Source: Magallana gigas
Lineage: Eukaryota
NCBI RefSeq assembly: GCF_963853765.1
Contig: NC_088859.1
Location: 4,960,001-5,024,000 of the forward strand
Length of the DNA stretch: 64,000 bases
Direction: 5' to 3'
Below, one piece after another: positions 30,801-41,466 of this stretch. A program made the position numbers and the translations under genes. The stretch's first letter is position 1. Every line of letters starts with the position of its first letter. The notes beneath the pieces were generated by a model. That model worked only from the letters and a program-made list of their open reading frames with translations, made no database searches and had not been told where the DNA came from.

Positions 30801-33095
30801 ATCATTCAAATTCTTTAAATTTCTAATAATAAAGGAAGCAATAAAAGATAAGGGTACGTTTTAAAATCCGTGTATTTTGGATATGATTATGAACAGAAAG
30901 TCTAGGAATTCCACCCCAGAATTGTCAGTCTTGAACAAAGAAACAACGAAACGAAAGAAGACGTTCTGAAATTCCTGAGAGGAAACATTGTAGGACAAGG
31001 CAAAGGGGAATCCCCCTTGGATCGTGACTGAGCTAGAAGACACACAACAATTAGCGGCTTTTATCTCCCCCCAAATCGTCCGAATCCCCCAAAACACAGT
31101 AACAAGTACCCGGATGAGTCAGACACTGCCTAGAGTCGCAGGGATGCTTGTAGCGATACACCGGACATTTCAGAAAACCTGAAGCCCTAATCTCCGCTGT
31201 AATGACCGTCAAGTACTTTGTGTTTTAGTATTTATAATGAAGAGGTGTCGACTTTTCGTTCTTTGAGGGGTTCACGGGGTACGGGAGACTAAACTACAAT
31301 AGTGATTAAAGCCTGCGTAATTCTTTTAATCCTTTGTTAAACACAGATAACGGAATAATCCGGATTACTTAATCCTAATCTCCCTCCAGACATTCCTGGT
31401 TCCCGTGTGTACATCTGATCGGGCTTGTACCCGGCATGAATCATATATAAATAAATAAATACAAATATATATTGTCATGCAATGTACGGAACCCCATCCA
31501 GCCACCCCACACACTCCAATAACAAACTAATCTTTATTTTTGTTGTTCTTCTAAATGTTTAACTGCATGTTGTTGTTGTTTTTTTCATTCATTGTGTTCA
31601 CTTACCAGTTATGCATTAACACTAAACACAAAATAACAATACCTTTAAAATGTTTGTTCTCAAAACTTAGTCGAAATGTCAATTATTTGCATTTCACAAT
31701 CGCATTATAGTTAGACTATACGGCTAAAGGTGTTGTTTTTACGATGCCTCCCCCGATAAATTCATATAAAAAGTAGGAGTTGTGTGTCGACCATTAAATC
31801 GGGACATTAGCGGTGACGGCGGTGGGATATAAATATAGACGGGAACTTGCTCGACAACTTCTCCTGTGTCAACAGTCTATATTGTCCTATTATATTACAA
31901 CCGTATCAACTTATTCCACCGACAAAAGACTTCTAAATCCACTTACAGAGAGTGCTGACATACAGCATATCGTGCTAGCTGGTCACATAAGACATCAAAC
32001 CTGTTGTATTGTTAATGAAAAAGGAATTGATAGACTATCTGACACCGATATCGGATTGCAAGCATCGGACATAAAGGTCCAAACAAATGCTCAATAAAGC
32101 CCTCTCTCTCGGCACTACACCGCGCGGAGGGTTTCGGAGTGACCAGTCCTAGGGTTGCTCCGTGGTTTATCGGGGGCTGATACACAGAATCTTTAATCCA
32201 CAACAAGCCAGCTACTGATTAGACGGTGTATTGGTAATCAATAACGAACTCAATGAATAAAACATGCCACGACTGAAGACAGGCTTCAGAAATCAAAACA
32301 CGTGTCTGTACAGTAAAAACATGACCCGGGTAGATCCTCGCACATGTCAGATCACTGTGTACGGGACAGAGTTGATTCTGATCCTGTTTTCAATACTTTT
32401 TTCTGTTAGTGTAAAAACAGCTGAAGAAGGGCTGTATTTAGAACATAATAAACGTGTTTGGTTTAGTTTGAGATACTTACAATGTTTGGGGGATAGTGGT
32501 GCTTGTCTAGCTTGCGTTGGTAGCCCTGTCGCAGGAGCTGCGCCTCTATGGGGCCCTTGATATACAGTGCATTACTATCTATGTCGGCGCCTTTGTGGAG
32601 CGCCTCCGCTGTGGCGCGTTCCGCCACATAGTCCTGAGTTTTCGGTACGGTGGTGGCGCGTTTGATAGCCACGGCCTCGTAGTTATAGCTTGGTTTTCTG
32701 AGGGTACCCGTCAAGCGAACCTCGGAGTTCATTTTCTTGCTCATCTTTTTGTACACGTTTTGACTGGCGATGGCACTCTTGATCCCCATGGCACCATGGT
32801 CAATGCTGGAACCTCCCACCCTGGGTACGTGGGTCCCGCAGTATACTTCGCGATCATTGGCACTCGTTTGGTTAGAGAAATAGTTCTTGATTGTCAGGAA
32901 CTGTCCACAAACGAAGCACTTAAAACAGTTCTTGTGGAACACAACATCGTGGACGGGCCCGATCTTCTCGGCCTGGTACACCTGAGCCTTACACCTGTGG
33001 CAGGAATTCCCCTCGGAGAGGGTAGGCCGAAACAGGGAGGAGAGTCGCTGGAAGCCCCTCTCCGCGGACTGGGATTCCGCCGTGGCGACTGCCAT
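24812..33095 (-). CDS. Hillarin-like protein: N-terminal LIM domain, coiled coil, transglutaminase-like (KY/Cyk3-type) domain; 8 coding exons, ~1058 aa
   Basis: Exons 33095-32481 (CHRC...HKNCFKCFVC...YCGTH, LIM), 29048-28821 and 28612-28391 (E/K/Q-rich coiled coil), 28114-27938, 27734-27652, 27030-26887 (AIYRWIT...LFMRLCS), 26680-26525 (YAGL.C..IKGHSK...NTWNAVLIDGDWRLVQCNWGAR) and 26363-24812 (YDEHYFLTDPDEFI...). All phases are consistent. Confidence 0.88.
30455..30667 (-). CDS. Candidate alternative first coding exon of the hillarin-like gene (LIM-less isoform)
   Basis: 71-codon ATG-initiated frame ending ...KSIN|GTATGA (phase 0), compatible with the phase-0 acceptor at 29048. An upstream acceptor AAATGACAG| is at 30735. 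Confidence 0.5.
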
Positions 33096-34018
33096 TGATT
33101 CTGTACCGAGTTCAGACAAGCTATTATTGAGCCATAACAACACAGCCACACAAATCCAACATAAACTCAGTTAGCCCACAATACCCCTGTCTCCCTGAAT
33201 CTCTCTCCAAAGTCTCCAAGAATGAAGGAAGAACCAACACAATAGCCTCGTCCCACAAAATCTCGTTCCGTGTTCACTCCGACTTACTTCGATCCCCGAG
33301 ATCTATGTGAAAAATTCTATAGCGGGCGATTCCATTTGACAGGTAAGCGCGCATCAGACCGTAACCATTGACACAGGTATGTAATTTAGGTAAGCGATCC
33401 ACACCTGAGGTTACAGAAAAGCTGACGTCCCACACAATCAATTAACAATTAGCAAGAGATGTATAAGTCTATTAACAAGCGGCCCTCCCACGGATTAACA
33501 AAGTCGGACCACGATAAACCATCATTATTGTTTTGTAATTAATAATCATTACTCTATGAAGTTTACATTTGCTCATATTATCTCTTATTTCCTTCCGCTT
33601 TGAATTTAATTTGGACAAATCAACGTCTATGTTTTTATGGAAAGAATGATTCTGTAAAATTTAAAAAAAATTGATTTTTCTTCAAAAATTATTTTTTTAA
33701 TAGAATGAATATATACTTATGTACCTGTTTAGAATCTAAATAACACTGTGTACTGCCTTTTCACCAGGACTAAGCTACTCCATGTTTTTCTAAAAAAAAA
33801 ATTTTTTTTGGGGGGGGGGGGGGGTTACCGACACCAGCATACCCTCGGCGTAAATCGTGATTTGAATGAAAATAGACTCGACTGATATGCGAGCATATTT
33901 TCTCTTTATTCAAAATTAAAAGACCATATCATTCGCAAGATCTAGGGCATAAATAACGATAAATAATGGATATCATCATGTGTACGTAATCAATTTAAAT
34001 GAGAGAGGGGTGGTCTTG

Positions 34019-34022
<4 letters not shown>

Positions 34023-34092
<70 letters not shown>
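34023..34092. repeat. (GA)n microsatellite abutting an assembly gap
   Basis: Direct reading. Confidence 0.95.
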
Positions 34093-34095
<3 letters not shown>

Positions 34096-34108
34096 GATTT
34101 TGGACACT

Positions 34109-34236
34109 NNNNNNNNNNNNNNNNNNNNNNNNNNNNNNNNNNNNNNNNNNNNNNNNNNNNNNNNNNNNNNNNNNNNNNNNNNNNNNNNNNNNNNNNNNNN
34201 NNNNNNNNNNNNNNNNNNNNNNNNNNNNNNNNNNNN
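34109..34236. other. Assembly gap (128 N)
   Basis: Run of N. Confidence 1.
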
Positions 34237-34546
34237 AAAACAATGAGGTGAATATAAAACTTGCTCACCCTGTAAACCAATTATTTTTATAATGTCTGAA
34301 GTCATATAAATTTAATGTTATTTCACTTGAATAATTATTGGTCCCATTTAAATGGTAATTGTTCTGAGACGCTGTGATAGTACTAGTAATTGATATCATA
34401 AGAGTGATTAACGAACTGCTGTGATTTACACGCACCTGGTTTGGCAATATGTTGTACAAGGGATTAAAGGACAATGCTGGCCATTAACTGCTTAAAAGGT
34501 GATTTGAACTTAAATAATAATAATAGTAGATGTTAAAGATGTGCGT

Positions 34547-34594
34547 GAAGAAGAAGAAGAAGAAGAAGAAGAAGAAGAAGAAGAAGAAGAAGAA
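34547..34594. repeat. (GAA)16 microsatellite
   Basis: Direct reading. Confidence 0.95.
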
Positions 34595-35311
34595 ACACGA
34601 CCTCATATAGAACCTGTGCGCCGTTTTTAATTTTCTTTCAAAGAATGCATAACGTCATCGACAGTACGAAGTAATTTGAAGAATGACAAGATATTTATTT
34701 GTCATTCAAACATATTTTGCAAAACATTACTTTGTCGAGAACAGGTGAGGTTTGCTTGACAAACACCTTTAGGGAGTCTGGGGTCGGCCGGTGATTAACG
34801 TGTCTATGCCTTCGTTTACTAGTACTATACCTGTATTTTTTTATATACAGAAAACGGTCGCTCTTTACACCCCATTTTGTGATTGTGAAAAAGATGTTTT
34901 TCCTTATCCGTCCGGTATGTGCATTTCTGAGTGGGTTATGGTGGATTAGGTATTTATCTGTAAGAATCTCTAGATAAATACCTGTCCTCATAACTAGGTT
35001 TATATATATGATAGACGGCCACTTTATTGACATTGATATTAATATATCATAATGCTCGAAGGAATTTAAGTAAACATCGTTTTTTATGTTAAGAATAACA
35101 AGAACCACTGCAATCCATCCTTATCAATTCCTGACTCGATGTGACGGGCGCTGAATTGTTGGTGTTTGCTCGGGGATATGAGAGTAAACAAGATGGACCG
35201 TTTTGATCTGAGGAGAACTTTTCCCTCCACGGTGGAATGCAGGTTCTGATGACTGCTGATATTTGGATTTCATTATGGTAACGTCAACACGTCTGGGTGA
35301 GGTTTTACGAG

Positions 35312-35523
35312 GAGTGGATCCAGATAGAGACATAGACTAAAAGTAATCCTTTGTGTGTCTAGAGGGGGGGGGGGGTGTCAGGAGGGTCCAGACCTTCATG
35401 CAAATTTTAAATTTCTTTAAATATACATTATAAAACCTAGAAATCCGCCTGGCAAACTCAAATAACGGTCGCTCACCCCCTCCCCTCCCCTCCCCTCCCC
35501 CGGAAAATGTTCTGGATCCACTC
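35312..35523. mobile_element. Small MITE with GAGTGGATCCAGA TIRs and G/C homopolymer interior
   Basis: GAGTGGATCCAGA at 35312-35324 and TCTGGATCCACTC at 35511-35523. Confidence 0.6.
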
Positions 35524-36043
35524 ATTAAATGAATGGGCATGACGTCCTAATTAGGAGTATGTCTAGAGGCGTGACGTACAAAATGCGGAACGTATAAAGC
35601 TGTAGTTATGGGGAGTGGGTACATATTTGTAACAGACCCCTTCTATTCATTAATTACACAGAAAGGACAGCATATTATAGTCCCCATGAATTATAAATTA
35701 TACTGTCGTAATTAAGTAATATTGGTTAATTTTTGGTGGTTTCTTTATTTTTTATCATTCACATGCATGATAAAACCAAAAGCAAGGTGTGATATAAAGG
35801 GGTTGCAGCAAGCACCTTTTGATCAAATCTAGTTATTTTGATTTTCCTGAATATTGGATGAAAGTCTTTCAGGATAAAATTGCATAAAATAGTGAATGGC
35901 CACTAAGAAATAACAAACAAGTTGGGGGTGAGGGGTGGGTGGGGGGGTTGTCTAAATGGTCACAGTGTATAACAGCCATGTAAAGAATTTGTAATATCAT
36001 TTTAACTAACTTAATTCGATCATGACCACTCCGTGATCATTCC

Positions 36044-36340
36044 TTAAGGTACTAAATAGTTCACTAAACCTTGAAATAGTTTCTAAAATCACCAGTAGAT
36101 TACTCGACTATGATAGACAACATGATGCACAAGACGTACACAAGTCAAATAGGCCAAAAAATGCAACATTGGATTAAAAAAATTGATTTTCAAACATTTA
36201 TTTCAGTAAATATATGAATAAAATCCTGAGGCGGATTCGAACTCATAATCTGCGGTTACAAGCCCGATACTGAAACCACTGAGCTATCTCGTAACGTAGT
36301 GTCTTAGAAATATTTGTTTTGGTTTATCGAGGTACCTTTT
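36044..36340 (-). mobile_element. Inverted, partly deleted copy of the TTAA-GG MITE carrying a tRNA-like block (see 52582-52930)
   Basis: TTAAGGT...CACTAAACCTTGAAATAGTTTCTAAAATCA matches the reverse complement of the right end of 52582-52930. The other end is GAGGTACCTT. The minus strand carries GATAGCTCAGTGG...GAGTTCGAATCCGCC. Confidence 0.7.
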
Positions 36341-36399
36341 GGGATATGTTATATGCCCCGGACTTGATAAGTCACTACATGTGTCTACTACCGCTTCAA

Positions 36400-36965
36400 A
36401 AACCCACACCAAAGGTCCATGTTACTCAGAAACCCACACTAAAAGACAATGTTACCCATACCAACACTCTATGTTAACTAGATACATACGCCAACGGACT
36501 ATTTTACCAAGAAACTAACACTAAAAGTTCCATGCTACCAAAAACCCCACACTAAAGGGCCAGGTTACCAAGAACCCCACTCCAAATGACCATGTTACCC
36601 AGAAACCCACACTAAAGGTCCATGTTACCCAAAAACCCACACCTAAGGACCATATGCATGTTACCCAGAAACCCACACCAAACGACTTTCTTACCCAGAC
36701 ACCCAACCAATAGACTATCTTACCCAGAAACCAACACCAAAGGACCCTTTTACCCAGAAACCCAAACCAAAGGACCATCTTACCCAAAGACCCACACAAA
36801 AAGACCATCTTACCCAGAAACCCACACCAAAGTACCTCGTTACCCAGAAACCCACACCAAAGAACTGTCTTACCCAGAAACCCAACCTTAAAGGGTCATC
36901 TTACCCAGAAACCAGAACAAAGGATCATCTTACCCAGAAAGCCAACGTATAGGAAAGTGTTACCT
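36400..36965. repeat. Degenerate ~24-26-bp minisatellite (TTACCCAGAAACCCACACCAAAGGACCAT), roughly 20 units
   Basis: The TTACCCA(G/A)AAACC core recurs throughout. Confidence 0.9.
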
Positions 36966-37270
36966 AATATTTGGATAGCAGCTTCCTTGTTCATATAACC
37001 ATATACTCTGCTTGCCTGCTTTTTTTAGATACTAGTAATCATTGCCAGGCTTTTTCACACTTTGATCTACAAGACCTCTAAATAATACTAGAATTATCGA
37101 CCGACAGGTTTTTGGTAGAGGCTTTCTTTATTGTAATCATGCGATATTCCTCTTAAATTCCCAGGAATATGGTGAAAGATCATCAGTTCAACTCCCATGC
37201 TTGCGGATCATCAGGAGGGGTGACTAATAAATTAAATTTCACAATACTTGTATTAATTTTTGCTTCTGCT

Positions 37271-37758
37271 TTAAAAGGACATGGTCACGATTTTGGTCAA
37301 ATTCTATTTTTCTGTTTTTATTAATTGCAATGCTTTAGGGTAGCATTTCCAATGACCGTATGAAATTGGAGAGTCAGTAATGAAGTTATAAGCAAGATAC
37401 AGGGCTCACAATTCTTTGTCATGTAAACAAGGCTCGTGCCCTGTTTTTGTTTACATTAGTTTAATATGCCGGTAAAAGTTCTTTTTCAAGCTGATTTTCC
37501 CATCTTCTTATTAATTTTAAGCATTAATAAACAGATCTTAACGTTTACCACATTCTTTTTCGGTCTTCACTTCAGCGTTCAAAATGTAAACAAACAATTT
37601 GTTTACATAGCAAAGAATTGTAAGCTATGTAACTCGCTTTTAACTCGACGAATGACACTTAAATTTTGGTTGCCTATTAAAAATGCCTTACTGAAGCATT
37701 GTAAACAATAAAATCGGGAAAATAATTTTTGACCAAAATCGTGGCCATGCCCCTTTAA
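37271..37758. mobile_element. Kolobok-like MITE (TTAA ends, purine-purine termini)
   Basis: TTAAAAGGACATGGTCACGATTTTGGTCAAA ... TTTGACCAAAATCGTGGCCATGCCCCTTTAA. Interior has GTAAACAA/TTGTTTAC inverted motifs. Confidence 0.8.
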
Positions 37759-38145
37759 TGCAACACGCTAAACCTGGTCAAAATTAGCTTTGTAGTTAAT
37801 GCGGTAAAGCTTAATGTTTCCAAATTTTTAGGGAAATCGGACATGGATAACCATTGGTCACTTGGGTGACCTACAACGTATAATTGCACAATAATCAACA
37901 TGATTATTTAAACATACAATCTAAAGATAAACAAATGCAATATGATTTCACAGTTTTAAGTCACGTGTATCAGTCACTAACAAATACTGATCGGTATATG
38001 ATAAAGCTGTGGTACCCAGCCCGTTATCACTCTTTATCGTTCAGTGATCGTTGACCGATGCACCAAACCGCCATCTTCTTATTCTACATGTAAAGGTACA
38101 CGATTAAACGTGATCATAATTCCCAGTGCAAGAAATATAACACCA

Positions 38146-40885
38146 ATGACAATGTACGGGGTGAATCTCACGGCCCTCATGGAGATGAATTCCGTGGACA
38201 GATTATACCTCGGTTTGGGACTTCTGACGTCATTAGCTTCACTGCTTGCGTGTGTGACGCTGTTCTTTGTCGTCTGCTGTATTCCCGCCATCAGAAACAA
38301 AGCGCGTTATATCGTTCTGTTCATTGTGATTGCTAACGCTGGAGCCAGCATTGGAACTGTAGTGTCAGTTATCGTCAAAGTGGGCTACCCTGTGGTGTCG
38401 TGGCGCTCTCATCCGGCCTGTGAGTCGGCCGCCGCCCTGACAGTCTTATTCCGGATCAGTGGGTATCTGTGGACAGTCACGTTGGCCCTCTTCTTGTGTC
38501 TGGAGGCCTGGAAGAAAACGTTGAATTTCACTTCCTCTTTGATCCTATGGCCCGCTCACTGCATCTGTTGGGGGTTTCCGGGTAAGTCTACGATGTCTTT
38601 CTTCATATATGACATGCTGTTGAATTCCATTATATAAATAGTGCCTGTTTGGGAGGGTAACTGTTGAAATTAGCACCCCGAGAAAACCACTGTCAACCGA
38701 CGCGAAGCGGATGTTGACAATTGTATTCGAGGGGTGTCAATTTCAACAGTTACCCTCCCAAACAGGCACTATTTATTTTATTATACCGAATGTCTTATTT
38801 TTGAAGAAAATTTAACTGCTGTTATATAGAAATGAAGTGAATTCTACGGCGAACCGTACGCGCATAATTTACGCGCATGTAACAATTCGTTGTGTTACCC
38901 GTTGCCAAGTGTGTTACTAACGCTGAGGGTAATAGAACGGATTACCAACTGCGTCTAAACCAATCAGATTTCAGTATTTAACATGAAAGTATAATAATAA
39001 TGTATGCAATTCAACAAACATAGTAACTCATATGGATGGTTAATTTTTTGGCTAATCCAAATTTTGAAAGATATTTTTACATTTTTATTCAATTACGGTA
39101 GTTTAACTATAACAAATTGAACTGGCAAAGAACAGTTATTTTATTGAATTACTAGCAAACATTGCCTCTGTTGGAAGAAAATTCGCAACTTAGCATCCTA
39201 TAAAATACAGCTGTTTGCAATTCTGGTTTCGTTACACATAATGGTACTAGTATACCGATGTTTCCGTCAAATTTGGCCTCGGTGCATATGTTTGTTTCCG
39301 TTTTTAGTTTCGTTAAATACGAGGGTACCAGATCTTGTTTCAATATAAAGCCTACATGTACATGACGTATAAGGGTTCAGTACATATTATACAATGGTCA
39401 CAGACCCTATTTCCTGATTTGTAGTGGCCATCATGCTGACGCTGGTAGCACTGGACGTCCTGGGGTCAGACATCGGCAAACGACCCGGACACGTGCGCCC
39501 ACCTTGGTGTTTCGTGGACCGTCAGATTGCAGACTACAACACATTCGCAATTTTGGCGGGAATGGGATGGCGCATGGCGGCCATCATTTTGTGTTCCATT
39601 TCATATCTTTTTTTACAGTATCAAGCGCTTAAAAAGGCAAGTAGCGAAAACCTACAGTACTAGAGACTAGTAGAGAGTATACATTGTAAGATTACAGTAC
39701 TAGAGAGTATACATTGTAAGATTACAGTACTAGAGAGTATACATTGTAAGATTACAGTACTAGAGAGTATACATTGTAAGATTACACTACTAGAGAGTAT
39801 ACATTGTAAGATTCGTTCCATGTTACTTTTTCCACACTGCTTTGAACAACAATATCATTATTGTATCGCGATCTTGATTCATTACCCAAGAACAATACCA
39901 TGGTCCATAACTTTTGATATCAACACCGTTCTGTCCCCCCCCCCCCCTTAAAAAAACTTCAGGAGTGCGGCATTGCAGTTGCAGTGTTCGAAAAAGGCGA
40001 TAATAAATTCCTCATTAAGAAAAAACTGAACTTGTGTATAGAATTGCTCTGAGGACATGGTTATTTTGTTTGATTAATTAATTACGGGAGGAAATTAAGT
40101 CTACATTTTACATATCTTTCAGCCAAAAACGAAGCAGCCTGAAAGGCGACAGGAAGGGGAAGAGCACGAGAAGCCCTCTGTAAACCCCAACCGTAAATTG
40201 CGCCATCTGCTGGTCGTCTTTGTCCTGCTAAACATCTGGGGTGCATGGCATTTTCTGATCTCCTACTATCGCCCGGATGTTGACGTAATGGTAGCAATAG
40301 AGGTGAGGAGGAAAAGTTTCTTACAGAACGATTAAAAAAAAATAAAAAAATAACAGAGAAAAGAAAGACCAAGAAATTAATATAAATGGAAAGAGTGAAA
40401 AATTAAAAAAAAAAAAAAAAATATTTGTAAAAACAGAGACACAAATAATGATTGTTATTCATGTCTATGGTAAAAATAAGTATTTTTTTTTTGGGGGGGG
40501 GGGGGGTTATTTGAAAGTCTCTTTTTCAATTGGTAAATTATTAAAAATCTTCGCGAGTTTTCTCCTTGAAGATGAAATGTTGGTGTAGCAGGTATTTAAA
40601 ATAATGAAAATTCTCCTCATGTTCAAGGTGATTTGTGACAATCTGCAAGGATTCATCAACACCGGGTTCTTTTTCATGTTCTTCGCTGAAGTACGACGCG
40701 CAATGAAGGAGTTCTGCTGCAAGCCTTTCTATAAACGTTGCTTCAAGCGTCTCCGTGACGCCAATGTGTCACTTCCGGTAGAAATGGAACAGCTGAGAGA
40801 GGAGAGTGGGGACCACACCCACCTACTGGAGGGTGAGGAAGACCAGGTTCACTTCACACAGGAACCTGGTCACCCAGACAGCTAG
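38146..40885 (+). CDS. GPR157-like seven-transmembrane receptor (cAMP-receptor-like family), 4 exons, ~361 aa
   Basis: Exons 38146-38581 (...ACESAAALTVLFRISGYLWTVTLALFL...HCICWGFP), 39425-39636 (PWCFVD...GWRMAA), 40123-40302 (RKLRHLLVVFVLLNIWG) and 40628-40885 (DNLQGFIN.GFFF.F.AEVR). Seven hydrophobic segments with motifs that parallel GPR157. Intron 2 needs a GC donor. Confidence 0.8.
38635..38995. mobile_element. Dispersed ~360-bp repeat with a 141-nt near-perfect hairpin (copy 1)
   Basis: Stem TAAATAGTGCCTGTTTGGGAGGGTAAC ... GTTACCCTCCCAAACAGGCACTATTTA at 38635-38775. Ends AACCAATCAGATTTCAGTATTTAACATGAAAGTATAA. Second copy at 56808. Confidence 0.85.
39671..39812. repeat. 30-bp tandem repeat (TAGAGAGTATACATTGTAAGATTACAGTAC), ~4.7 copies
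   Basis: Exact period 30, in intron 2 of the GPCR gene. Confidence 0.95.
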
Positions 40886-41466
40886 AATCTCAACCTGTCA
40901 ATCAGGACAGTGTCAGTCTTTGTCAGCCGACAGTGCAGACAGTCTGGTCACCGCTAAAAACGTCGACCTTTCTTTGTGTTTTCATTGCCATCATCAATTA
41001 ACATAAATGTCATCCTTCACTGAGCATAAAAACAAGAACTCTAATAGAAATTTTATTGCTCATGATGTTTCATATTTTTGATGGTAAAAAAAAATTATTT
41101 AAAATACACAATGTCATCACAATTTTGCGAAAACAAATAAAATGTATTCATTGTCATTTTCAGGCAATAACATTACAAAGTTGTCACAATTTTTTCTGTA
41201 AGAGTTTATCTGAATACAAAAGAGCTTTCAAAAACTCTCTCAAAATGTCAAATATAAATGGCACAATTAAATAATCAAACTCACATTCACACAGTTGCAC
41301 ACTTTATTCGTGAGATCATGGTTACCTGTACCAAGGATTCAAATACCAGACATCAATAATATCACAGTAAACGACAGACATTCTACCCGTGGTTACATAT
41401 CACTGCTGGGGAAAGTTACCTCACTTTTCTAAAGAATCACAATGATAGAAGTGTTTTTCTTCAGAC

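Noticed and set aside
33976-34305. ORFs with (SL)n/(ER)n and X runs
   Set aside because: Artefacts of the (GA)n microsatellite and the N gap.
34695-35333. 137-aa and 69-aa minus-strand ORFs as an extra gene or upstream hillarin exons
   Set aside because: No recognisable domain and no convincing splice sites; one overlaps a MITE end. A non-coding leader cannot be excluded.
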